Shown here: positions 12,223-22,929 of the stretch, in pieces
Layout of the letters: each line of letters opens with the position of its first letter
Numbering within the stretch: the stretch's first letter is position 1
Assembly: GCA_011109175.1 (NCBI GenBank)
Contig: RDEW01000093.1
Location: 48,385 to 88,149 of the forward strand
From: Dicyema japonicum
Taxonomy: Eukaryota > Animalia > Dicyemida
Direction of reading: 5' to 3'
DNA length: 39,765 nt
The notes under the pieces: generated by a model
The model's database searches: none
What the model was told of the DNA's origin: nothing
The model's input: only the letters and a program-made list of their open reading frames with translations
Position numbers and translations under genes: made by a program

Positions 12223-12227
12223 TAATA

Positions 12228-12590
12228 AAGTAAGATGACCATCTTCACCTTTGAAGCCGTAAAGCCTTTTGTCTAAGACGTCAGATGCATCGGCACACAC
12301 GAACCTTGCAACATATGTCCGAGTGCCTATAGAGCCTTTTCTGCCGCTGAGAAGGCCGAGAAATCAAAAAAGGCAAAGTACGTAATCCTACCGGAAGATT
12401 TTTTGTTTGGTTCACTCGCAGCTGAAGCGTCTGGTCGTCAAGGAAATTAGCGATGCTGGAATTCCTAGGTCGTCTTGGGAATCGGAATTCTACACAAATA
12501 GGAGATCCCTGCTGGCAATTTGAGCGAATCACACTTGTTATCCTGAGAGGGAATAGCCACGCAGTTAGTACACTACCTGTGTGACCTTTG
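12228..12590 (+). mobile_element. CRE-clade 3' fragment
   Basis: AAEKAEKSKKAKY, F.F.SLAAEASG and ERITLVILRGNS motifs, degenerate. Confidence 0.8.
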
Positions 12591-13373
12591 GCTGACTATT
12601 CCATTATTTTATTTTAATAAAGAATTTGATAGTTAAAAAGATTATATACCTCAAGGAACTTTTTACTATGAATTGGTAATATCTTTTATGTTATAATTAT
12701 CAATATGCCATGGATTAATTTACATTACTGTTCTTACTTTTTAAAATAAAGTGAGAGTTCTGCCTAAGTTGGTTTAAGGGATGGAAACATTACCTACTCC
12801 TTATGGGAAGGGCAGTGTTGTGTGCTTAATCATCAAATATTTCGAAAACTATCAAAACATACCAAACTACTAATTCTTCACAGAAAAGCAAGAAAATGAC
12901 AACTTTTAATGAAAGCAAGGGAATCAAATTATTATTAAGCTAACACATATTTAAAGAGTTAAGAAGTTCGAAAAAGTTTGCAGTTTTTTTAATAAAAGTC
13001 TGCATAGGTTCTTCTAATACAAACTCTTTATTTGATTGATCAATAAACTGAATAGCCAATGTGGGTTTTTGAGAAATCGATGAAGCTTGAATGACCTCTA
13101 CTTTATGAATAGCACTTGTTTCACAAAGTTTCAAATCAATTCTATAATAGAAAATCAAAATTTTGGTGCACTTGTAATTCTTTAACGGTTAATTAGACNN
13201 NNNNNNNNNNNNNNNNNNNNNNNNNNNNNNNNNNNNNNNNNNNNNNNNNNNNNNNNNNNNNNNNNNNNNNNNNNNNNNNNNNNNNNNNNNNNNNNNNNNN
13301 NNNNNNNNNNNNNNNNNNNNNNNNNNNNNNNNNNNNNNNNNNNNNNNNNNNNNNNNNNNNNNNNNNNNNNNNN

Positions 13374-13670
13374 TTTTCAAAGAGGGTCTATATAATATAA
13401 AAATTCGACGTGAATACCTATACGTATTTTACTCCAAATTTATCGTTATGCTTTCCTATTGCATCCAAAATCTTTAATAGGGTCTTTATAAATTAGTAGA
13501 ATCTTCATTTACTACCAATCCGCATTAGGCTAACAAATAAACCTCTATGTGAATGGAAAATTTCAAAGAGGGTCAATATAAATTGAAAATTCGACAAAGA
13601 ACACCAACACGTATTTTACTCCAAATTTATCTTTATGCTTTCCTATTGCATCCAAAATCATTAATAGGGT
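13374..13670. repeat. Second block of the ~191-bp tandem repeat
   Basis: Same unit as 10540-11145. The left end is hidden by the N gap. Confidence 0.9.
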
Positions 13671-14035
13671 AAGATGACCATCTTCACCTTTGAAGCCGTA
13701 AAGCCTTTTGTCTAAGACGTCAGATGCATCGACACACACGCAGATGCATCGACACCCTTGCAACATATGTCCGAGTGCCTATAGAGCCTTTTCTGCCGCT
13801 GAGAAGGCCGAGAGGTCAAAAAAGGCAAAGTACGGGGTCCTACCGGAAGATTTTTTGTTTGTTTCACTCGCAGCTGAAGCGTCTGGTCGTCTAGGAAATC
13901 AGCGACGCTGGAATTCCTAAGTCGTCTAGGGAATCGGAATTCTACACAAATAGGAGATTCCTGCTGGCAATTTGAGCGAATCACACTTGTCATCCTGAGA
14001 GGGAATAGCCACGTAGTCAGGGCGCTTGCTGTATG
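13668..14035 (+). mobile_element. CRE-clade 3' fragment
   Basis: GKMTIFTFEAVKPFV*DVRCIDTLAT...AAEKAERSKKAKYGVLPEDFLFVSLAAEASG...ERITLVILRGNS. Confidence 0.82.
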
Positions 14036-15834
14036 ATCCTTGGCTGGTTATTCCCTTGTTTTATTTTAATAAAGAATCGGATAGTTAAAAAGATTATATA
14101 CCTCAAGGAACTTTTTACTATGAATTTGTAATATCTTTTTTGTTATAATTATCAATATGCCTTGGATTAATTGACCTTACTGTTTTTTCTTCTTAAAATA
14201 AAGTGAGAGTTCTGCCTAAGTTGGTTTAAGTGGTGGAAACATTACCTACTCCTTATGGGAAGGGCTGTGTTGTGTGCTTAATCATCAAATATTTCGAAAA
14301 CTATCAAAACATACCAAACTACTAATTCTTCATAGAAAAGCAAGAACATGACAACTTTTAATGAAAGCAAGGGAATCAAATGATAATTACGCTAACACAT
14401 ATTTAAAAAGTTAAGAGGTTCGAAAAAGTTTGCTGTTTTTTTAATAAAAGTCTGCATAGGTTCTTCTAATACAAACTCTTTATTTGATTGATCAATAAAC
14501 TGAATAGCCAATGTAGGTTTTGGAGAAATCGATGAAGCTTGAATGACCTCTACTTTATGAATAGCACTTGTTTCACAAATCTTCAAATCAATTCTATGAT
14601 AGAAAATCAAAATTTTGGTTCACTTGTAATTCTTTAACGGTTAATTAGACCAAAACTTGGGGAATTTGAATATTAAGACAAAAATTCGATTTAGAGGACG
14701 TGTGTTTAAACTGATAAATGCAAAAGCTGGAACTGCTTTGGACGCTTAATAAATAATCACAGTCAATACAGTGATGGGCATGTAAGGAACAAAACAATCC
14801 CAAATTTGACAGAAATGGAGAGATTCTCGCATTCAATTATTGAACTAAGATGAATTTAAAAATATACTTGCTTGTTTAAGTGAGAATGTTATCTGAAAAA
14901 TTGTAAAATGAATTTGAACAGTGAATCTGAATTTGAACATTAAACATAAACATTACTCAAATTTATTTCTTGAGAAACATATAAATTTTTTATAGTTGTA
15001 TTTTTTGCAGGCGAGTTTTTAGCGGAATTATCTAATTTTGTAATTCCTATATTTTGAGATGATTGTTACCATTCTCGTGTACAACGAAAAGAATATTATT
15101 TGAATAAGTTATTACAGGCGTACATATTCCATTAATACACTGGCATTCCGTTTTCTGGCATGCTTGTTTTAACCGCCTAAAACTTTTTTACGGTAAAATA
15201 CGTTTGATTGCAACATCTGTAGTCACAGGATGAAGAAAATTGGCAATTATTCAAAACTGCTTTAAAAAGAAATAAGAATTTTAGTATTACAAAGGTCGAC
15301 ATGTTGCTGGGTTATAAAAATTATGTGAAACAACAAAACTTTTGTGTTTATTTTAAAATATATTTTTTTATTTATAATAATAGAAAATTCATGAGTTTTG
15401 TGTTCCAATATTGTTTAAATTTTCTATCACGATTTCTTTCTACCACGATAACGTTGTCTCCAAGCGGCTTATAACTTTCGCTCTTTGCAGACGCCAATGA
15501 TCTACATAAAAGAAACTAGTTGAAATGATAGCAAGGAGTTCGGCACAAACAAAACTCCAAGTATTCATAACTATTAGAGTTAATTTAAATCTGGTTAAGG
15601 TATATCCAATTCCCATGGTTGAAATGAGACGTACCCTCTCCAAGGATCGCTTTACTATATCCGCCATTGTAGGAACCCATACAATGGAGCAAGGAAGAGA
15701 TGGATCATTTTTGATACTAGCAGACGTTGGGCCTCTCTTGAAACAAATCGATCAACTGATGCCTCTTATTAGATGAATTTACCAAACAGAACGGAATCTT
15801 TCGACCAGGTAAATACCAGTGTGGAACTTGAATC

Positions 15835-15892
15835 TACAAGTAATCGTGAGTCGAGCGCTAACCACTATACTGTCTAGTCACATGGCTAATAA
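15835..15892 (-). mobile_element. tRNA-like or SINE head remnant
   Basis: GTATAGTGGTTAGCGCTCGACTCACGAT...GATTCAAGTTCC gives an A-box-like and a degenerate B-box-like motif with no full cloverleaf. Confidence 0.3.
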
Positions 15893-16499
15893 GTTCATAT
15901 GCTTATAAGAAATACGAAAAGCTTTAAAATGCGAAATATCTTATCAATATTATTAATATCAGACATAAATAATTAATTATAGACAGATAATAGTAAGATC
16001 ATGTCTAATATCATCATGTGTTGCTCATCAGACAACATTCCGTTCGGCAGTTGGAACAATTGAGACGCACAGGCGTTGGATGGCACGTTTGGTTGCAGGA
16101 ACTGGCATCGCCTAACTAGTTGACATTTCTTTTGTGTTTCTTTCTCGGTGGTCCCTGGGTTAATAAATAAACAATCAGAAAACATCACGTGATATTTCGA
16201 TCTTCTCGTGCTCATATATAAGATACGGACTCAGGAGACATTGGAAACCCGATGTTTTGAACGAAGAAAATGTCAGACGCACGTAAGATCAAGATTAAAA
16301 TCTCGTCCAGCCAAAAATTGGAAGAACTTTAGAGATCACTTGTCAGAAGTTATGCGTATATTAGACCGATTCCAGGTATGTTGATAATAATGTGGGTTCA
16401 TTCGTGCTAAGTATGATGATTCAAAAAATTTTCTACAAGTCCGTAATAATCAGATTATTTTTTAACAAAATAATTATATCAAAAATAATTTAGGGATCT

Positions 16500-16595
16500 T
16501 GAATTGCCAGGTCGTTTCCTCTGACAATAGCTATCAAGATACGCTCTCGAAGTCACCAAGTCTCACGCAGATCCTTGGTGACCCTTTAGATTGTT
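16500..16595 (-). mobile_element. CRE-clade extreme 3' fragment
   Basis: VTKDLRETW*LRERILIAIVRGN; close to the 3190-3300 copy. Confidence 0.7.
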
Positions 16596-16699
16596 AGTTT
16601 TTTGTATATAAACTCAAATTTGCCATTATTCAATAAAATAAAACCCATGAATTAATCGAAATTCCTTGAGTTAAAATGAATGCGAATTTCAGTTTGAAT

Positions 16700-16890
16700 T
16701 GTGAAATACAAAGGGCTCCTGGACCGGTTCACGTCCATGCTATTATCGTTGAAACAAATAGAGGTGTAAATAGGAATTTTTCAAAAATATATGACTTCTG
16801 GCTACACTCAGAATCATGCATGACCTCCGTGAAACTCAATGGTTTCTTCAGTAGATCTCAGTTGCAATCTTGAGAGGCAATGCTGCATCA
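16700..16890 (+). mobile_element. CRE-clade 3' fragment
   Basis: KYKGLLDRF, HAIIVET and HDLRETQWFLQ*ISVAILRGNAASIM*. Confidence 0.75.
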
Positions 16891-17004
16891 ATTATGTAGA
16901 CGGGGGTCAAAAAATGATTTCAGCTTTAAAAAATTATGAATTTCCCCCAGTGAAAGCATTTTATAAATATTCTTAAAGTATAGTTAATCCTTAAACAAAC
17001 TCAC

Positions 17005-17186
17005 CTGGTGGCGATGTGTAACAAGTACCGGTAAAGTGCTTAAGGTCCTCTGGTTCGAATCTCGCTTCTGTACATTCCGGCTGAAAGTTCTACGCATCTA
17101 CGATGCTTTGGCTTGACGAATGATGCCGTCATCAATAAACATTTCACTACGGAACGGGATCGTCTATAAAGGACACAACAAAAAAA
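17005..17186 (+). mobile_element. tRNA-derived SINE, family B
   Basis: tRNA-like head with B box GGTTCGAATC. The 3' half is homologous to 25457-25550 and ends ACACAACAAAAAAA. Confidence 0.65.
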
Positions 17187-17227
17187 TCATTCCTTGGCTG
17201 TATAGTAAAAACAGAATAAATCAAAAA

Positions 17228-18171
17228 TTAATTAATAATCTGTGCAATAATATGCAAAGTTGAGGATTTTTTACTATAAGAAGATATCACGGAATTTATA
17301 TCAACTTGATTTTCAAATTCGACACTAAAATTTCTTCCTCCATGGAATTCCAATTTGAGGTCATTTTCACAACATAGCAACTTTACGTCGTTAACGGAAA
17401 AATTGTCCAAAAATATTTTTAGGTGGTAAAATTTTTTCTCGTCTCTTTTCTTGACATCAATGTCGTAGATTAAATTTTGGATATTTTTTAATAATTTTTC
17501 ATCCAACGTTTCTATTAGTGGTTTCTGCTTGGTATTATCAGATGACGGAACAATAAGTGGCTTTTCACTTTCAAAGTCATTTTTAAATTTGATTTCGGAC
17601 TTTTTGTTATTTTTCTCGGGAGATTGTGAAACGAAGAAATTAGACAGCCACTTTTTGTCTCCTTGAAATTCATTTAAACACTCAAATGGATTCTCCTTTG
17701 AAGTATCGATTTCTGTGTTGTGAAGGTCGTTCAAAAAGTTAAGAGAAAGTAAATAAAGTTCACTCAATAGGACTTGATTATTTAAGGTTTTTGAAGTCTC
17801 ATCATTGATAACAAGAATAAATATTCTCTCTTGAAGTAAAGTAATTTATTACCCTTTTTGTTTGACACGAAATCTTTGAATTCTTTAGCTGCCATCGGCA
17901 AGGGATCTGTCTGTGATTTAGCAGCCGGGACTCGGGAATCGGTACAGATATTTATAATTATGGTAGATTTTGATTTCTGGCACTATCGAAAAATCATAAA
18001 TACTGAATCAATGGCAGTAATAGTTGAAAAATAGTTCAAAGGTTTAGTCAGGTTTTGGAACTCTTCAAGTTGACTGTTAATCAATTTTTTATAACTTTGT
18101 GGATCATTTTTTGCCATTTCGTCTAAATTTGACCAAATTTGGTCTAGATGCTTCGTAGTAAATTTATCCAT
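17228..18171 (-). CDS. PIH1D2: PIH1 domain-containing protein 2-like (R2TP-like co-chaperone, axonemal dynein preassembly family); 3 exons
   Basis: The N-terminus QIWSNLDEMAKNDPQSYKKLINSQLEE matches the PIH1D2 signature, followed by IIINICTDSRVPA and a C-terminal CS-like domain ending STLHIIAQIIN*. Introns 17983-18003 (21 nt) and 17830-17852 (23 nt) restore one open frame. Confidence 0.8.
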
Positions 18172-18465
18172 TAAAGTTGCTAAGCAACAAATAACTTATT
18201 CAAAATTTATTCCAAATCAAAATCAATCAAATCAGTCTTACCGCAGAGGAGTAATAGTTCTATTACTTAAATTCCCTACTTAGGCAAAAAATAATTTATT
18301 TAAGAAAAAAACAGTTAGTAAATCGAAAAATGAGGTTTAGGCTTAGATTGTTCTCAACTTTTTTCTTTTTTGCTTTCATGTGAGTCTCGGAGACGATCCG
18401 GTTTCGCAGTGATTAATCCCCTTCTTGGCCTACCCCCCACTTTTTTGGTATCAACGGTCTGATCT

Positions 18466-18557
18466 TTTCAAGGGGACAAAAAGTGGCTGTCTAATTTCTT
18501 CGTTTCACAATCTCCCGAGAAAAATAACAAAAAGTCCGAAATCAAATTTAAAAATGA
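18466..18557 (+). repeat. 92-bp inverted copy of PIH1D2 coding sequence (17577-17668)
   Basis: Reverse complement match with one mismatch seen (GGAGAC vs GGGGAC). Confidence 0.92.
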
Positions 18558-18789
18558 TTTGGGTCCTAGAATCCCCGAGGTTTTGATTGCGACGGATTTA
18601 AATGTTGGATTGACGAGTGACTCGTCATAAGTAAATTATTACAGTTGCAACGGATTGTTTTTATGGATTCACACACGACCAGATAAGAGGAAACTAAGAA
18701 CAATCTCTATTTCTTGGTCTTGGTGTGTTTTGCCTATACGGAGGTTTAAGTAATCGAAACATTACACGTCTTCAAAGAAAGTGCAGATA

Positions 18790-18972
18790 ATTAAAGGATA
18801 ATTAAAGGACCTGAAAGCCAGGTTATTTGAACCAATTTTTGTTGAGACATCTGCAATTCTTGGCCCCAGCAGTATAAAGTTCCTCAAAACAATCGGCCAA
18901 AATCCAGGAACAAGGAAGAGTGAACCCAGAATGACTCAATGGCTCTTCCAAAACATTGGCCTCATGCTATAA
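18790..18972 (+). mobile_element. CRE-clade 3' fragment
   Basis: KDLKARLFEPIFVETSAILGPSSIKFLKTIGQ...EPRMTQWLFQNIGLML*. Confidence 0.75.
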
Positions 18973-19365
18973 TTATTATATGACCCTAAAAGGGAACACC
19001 AAAAAAGAAGGAGTTAAACCATCTAATTAAGTGATCCCGGTAGACCTCAACAGGATTAAGAGCTTTTTGATATGATTTTTCATAGTGCCCACAGCTTTTC
19101 TGAATCCATGACGATCCTCTTCCGTGAGAATTTGGAGAGGCGTGGGCTTTTTTCCCAATTTACGTGTACCCGAGGCTTTGTCGATGATTGGTGGAAGCGA
19201 TCGGACTCCGATCCGCATAGAGTGATGAAGCCCGGAACCTACTAACAATTTGTTTATCAAATAAAATTTTAGTTATTTTTTTATATTAAATTATTTTGTT
19301 AAAAATAAATTATTTTAAATTAGAAAAATAAAACCTAAACTCGCACAATTTATTTCTTGTGAATT

Positions 19366-21054
19366 ATGAATAGCAAGTGCAAAGATTTGATTCTGAAAAA
19401 TTATGTCTTGTTATGCAACGACTTAAATCTCGACAACTACTTTATATAATTTTTCGATACCAAAGAGTTATTCACAAAAAATATGTTGGAAGAAATTATG
19501 GTACTTTTCTAAGCATATATTTTTATTATTAGTAATAAAGATTCTATGAAATTCTAGAGCCACAAAAAAAGACACGAAATTGCTATTTCTTTTTTAAATT
19601 TAATGCAAAAAAGGCCAGACTCGTTTAAAACATGTATAAGTGCTCTTGTTGCTACAAATCAGAAAAATATCGCGTGAATGTTAGGTAATAAATCATTTAC
19701 AGAGAGTCAAAAATAATTTATTACTTTATTGTCAATCAATTGTAGGATGGAATGGCGACTCTGACGAGTCTAAAGAATTGCCTGAAATTTTACCGATAAA
19801 AGGATTCATCCAAGATCTGTGCATAGAACTTCGCAGAAATACGATTTTTGATCACAAGTCGCGTTTATCGTGGTCTCCTTTGGTACTCTACTCTTCGTTC
19901 AATTTGAAGGGGAATGATATGAAATCTTCTTTTTATGGTTGTTTATAATTTTCATTTTAAAGCTTTTCGTAAAGAAACTGACCCAAAAATATAAATTCAG
20001 ATCCCAAACTTGTCCAAGTCACTGAATGGAGTGATTCCTACATTTTATCTTAGTTTGTTATTTCGGGTGATGACGCATATCCTATAAATTCTAACCCTCG
20101 TGGGCTGTGTATAATTGTTGAAAACATTGAATTTACTGACCCTTCATTGGCAAGAAGAGACGGATCTGAGCACGATAGCCAAATGTGCAACTCTCTGTTT
20201 AAAAATCTGGGATTTATGGTGAAATATCATAGAAATCTGACAACTGAGGTATGCTTATCATTTTTGTGTAAAAATTGCCGTTTATTAATGCAGTTTCGTG
20301 CTATTATCGAATTTTTCGTTTTATTAATTCTAAACAGCATCGATTCTTTTGTTTTTACTGCTTTAAATGACATTTATCCATATTTTTTTGTAATTGCATA
20401 TACACAATCTTATCGATAGGAAATTGAGTCTATATTGAGAAACTACAGCCAAGATGATGATTTGCTGGAACCTTTAGACTCTTTGATACTGATTGTTCTT
20501 TCACATGGAAGGAATGGAACAATATGTGGAGTGGACGGATCAGATATGCCATTAGCGTTAATTTCCGAAATGTTCAATAAGGATCATTGTGTGGCTTTGG
20601 CTGATAAACCCAAGATTTTTATAATTCAAGGATGTCAAGGGGGTTAAATGAATTATTTATTTTGTAGAAATAAAAGACGGTTATTCGTTTAACTCGTCGA
20701 ATATGGTTATTACTCCAAGCAGAAAGGCTTCCATGACTTCATCTTGGGACAGGATACAAGCAGGAACCAAAGCCGATATGTTCATGGCCATTTCATCAGT
20801 TCCAGGTCGTATTTATTTTATATTCCCTAGGATTTGTTTCTGTTAGGAATATTTCGAGAGGAGGGTGGTTTGTCAATGCTATTGTGTTTGTATTTATGAA
20901 ACTAGCTTGGAGGGATGATCTACTGACTCTTTTTACCAAAGTTAACAATCTGATAGGCGATAAAGTCACGATTGATGGTGTTTCCCAGACTTCCGCTTTC
21001 ATGACTACAATGAGAAAGCTTTTTTATTTTAATCCTCCCGGATCTATGGAATGA
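19366..21054 (+). CDS. CARD-containing initiator caspase (caspase-2/9-like architecture); nonsense codon in the CARD exon, possible pseudogene or null allele
   Basis: CARD-like N-terminus (KDLILKNYVLLCNDL...FTKNMLEEIM; LMQKRPDSFKTCISALVATNQ). Catalytic domain motifs PRGLCII, RRDGSEHD, LSHG, KPKIFIIQGCQG, ADMFMA, FVSVRN and GWFV, ending RKLFYFNPPGSME*. Several 25-nt introns. In-frame TAA at 19447-19449. Confidence 0.88.
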
Positions 21055-21196
21055 ATTTCATTTCGAATAGATTTTTTGTATAGCTTTTTGAATAAATTAT
21101 TTTTTTTACTTTGGAAAATATTGTTTTCATAAAAATTAGTAGAATTTTAGTACATAACATCTCAAATATTACTTCTTGTATCCATTTTGAGGTTTC

Positions 21197-21492
21197 AGTA
21201 GCCACGTGGTGCCATGTGGCCACTTGATTGAAGATTTCTCTTCCTTCCCTCTAGTGGCGTCATTGGATTCACCTTATTCTGGAGACTCCCAATCCCTGGC
21301 TGGCATTCAAGAGGATACATTTATTTATTCCTCCAGGAGACAATTTCGATTCATGGAAGCGAGTTCTGGAATCAACCTCAGTTTCCCAGAATATTATCTG
21401 GATAACTGTGGTTCTGCTGGATCGTGTCAGTATCAAGGAATTAGTTAGTTTAGTTTTATTCTTGGTCTTTGGAATAATTTAATTAATTTAAT
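21197..21492 (+). mobile_element. SINE family A copy (subfamily A1)
   Basis: GCCACGTGGTGCCATGTGGC hairpin, core at 21256-21318 and tail TTAGTTAGTTT...GGAATAATTTAATTAATTTA. Confidence 0.85.
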
Positions 21493-22069
21493 TTTGAGAT
21501 AAATTAATGCCTCTTTGTATTATGTTTTTTAGAGATATTTCTATCTTTGTTAGTTCAGCAGACTCAAAATTTTTTCCTTCCATTTACTGTCTGATCAAGC
21601 AATTGACATTCAAACAAATCTCATCTTTAATAACGTTAAATATTTATTTTCTCATAACCCTTGTTTGCTATTATGTTTTTAACGTATTCTTAAATTACTA
21701 ATGTGAAACTGTCTAGTGAAAATCAGATGCTAGACAAATAAAATATTTTTTATCTCAATTATTTAATGCTATTTTGATTAACAGATCATTTTTTCTGGCA
21801 ATTGTCGTGGGAAACAGCCATTCTATCCTATCAGTCGGATTGTTTTGATTGTTTTCTTCAATCATTAATGAATTGAAAAGAAACACTTATATAAATTCTA
21901 ATATTTTACTATCGCATAAAATGAGCTATAATGCCTGTTCAACAATTAAACAATGACTTTATTTCTTTGATAATAAATAATGTTCGCAATTAATTAGATC
22001 ATTATTCGATTATCGCAAAAATTGATCTATTAATGACAAAATAAAATTAACAAAAAGTCATATACCAAC

Positions 22070-22330
22070 CGCTTGACTGCGTGGCACAAGATGACAAGCG
22101 AGATTCGCTCAAATAGCTAACAGCGCTCACGAGGTCTCCACTATGGCTTGCAGGCATTGAGCACGCAATGGTTACCTTTCATGATCGCGAGTCCAATGTT
22201 CTGGAGGAGCCATCGCGCCATTCTAGGCTCACCCTTCTGTTGCCCTGCACGCTGTCCGATTAATCTGATAAACTCAGACTCTGTTCGATGTGGAAATAAC
22301 CGTCAAATCTGAAATGTATGTTGACGATAA
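22070..22330 (-). mobile_element. Two stacked CRE-clade 3' ends
   Basis: EFIRLIGQRAGQQKGEPRMARWLLQNIGLAIMKGNHCVLNACKP* is followed almost immediately by LFERISLVIL. Confidence 0.7.
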
Positions 22331-22497
22331 AAAAACTTGACTCATCTGGACTTCGGTCGATGGACCTAAAATAGATAACTGACAATTTTATTTGATGATG
22401 GCTCCTTAACCGGTTCACATTCCGCGCGATTGTTGTCTAGAGTTAGATAACTAAAAGTATAATCAAGAAGTATTGTCTTTTCTCAAGAAAGCGGTGC

Positions 22498-22725
22498 AAT
22501 GCGGCTAGTTGGTCAATAATTACTTTCCTTCTTTCTGATGGCGTCATTGGATCCACCTTACTGAGGAGACGCCCAATGCCTGGCCGGCATCAAGAGGATC
22601 CACCTATTCTTTCCCCGGGGACAACATCGTTACCTGGAGACAAGTTCTGGAACGCTGGAACGAGTCAGGATCAATGAGTTAGTTAGTTTGGTTACCCTTG
22701 GTCTCTGGAATAAATTTAATTTAAT
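22498..22725 (+). mobile_element. SINE family A copy (subfamily A1, best-preserved core)
   Basis: Core GGCGTCATTGGATCCACCTTACTGAGGAGACGCCCAATGCCTGGCCGGCATCAAGAGGATCCA at 22540-22602; same tail as the 21197 copy. Confidence 0.85.
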
Positions 22726-22759
22726 CAGCAATTTCACGTGAACCATAATACAACAAACT

Positions 22760-22900
22760 AATGGAAGAGTCCAGATTGGAAAAATTACTTCAAAATCAAG
22801 GCTACTCCCTATAGGGTCCCACAAGGTTCCCCTCTGTCTCCTTTCCTATTTAACCTTTTCTACACGATTTACTTACTACTAAAGATCATGAAACTATGTT
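22760..22900 (+). mobile_element. LINE RT fragment
   Basis: GKITSKSRLLPIG/VPQGSPLSPFLFNLF (one frameshift), similar to the RT at 1767-2066. Confidence 0.7.
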
Positions 22901-22929
22901 TTTTATCTTATCGCTACAAGATGCAAATC

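Larger units (their letters stand above)
12223..14650. repeat. Two diverged ~1-kb copies (12223-13198 and 13662-14650) of a CRE fragment plus unique sequence, each preceded by the 191-bp repeat
   Basis: Colinear alignment by eye with scattered substitutions. An N gap (13199-13373) lies between them. Confidence 0.88.

Noticed and set aside
15400-16480. Several short ORFs (including YKPLGDNVIVVER, faintly Hsp10-like, and possible CRE or LINE linker remnants)
   Set aside because: No consistent spliced model or convincing motif set could be built.
16998-17020. ACTCACCTGG resembling the U1 snRNA 5' end
   Set aside because: No U1 stem-loops or Sm site follow; the downstream sequence is a tRNA-derived SINE.
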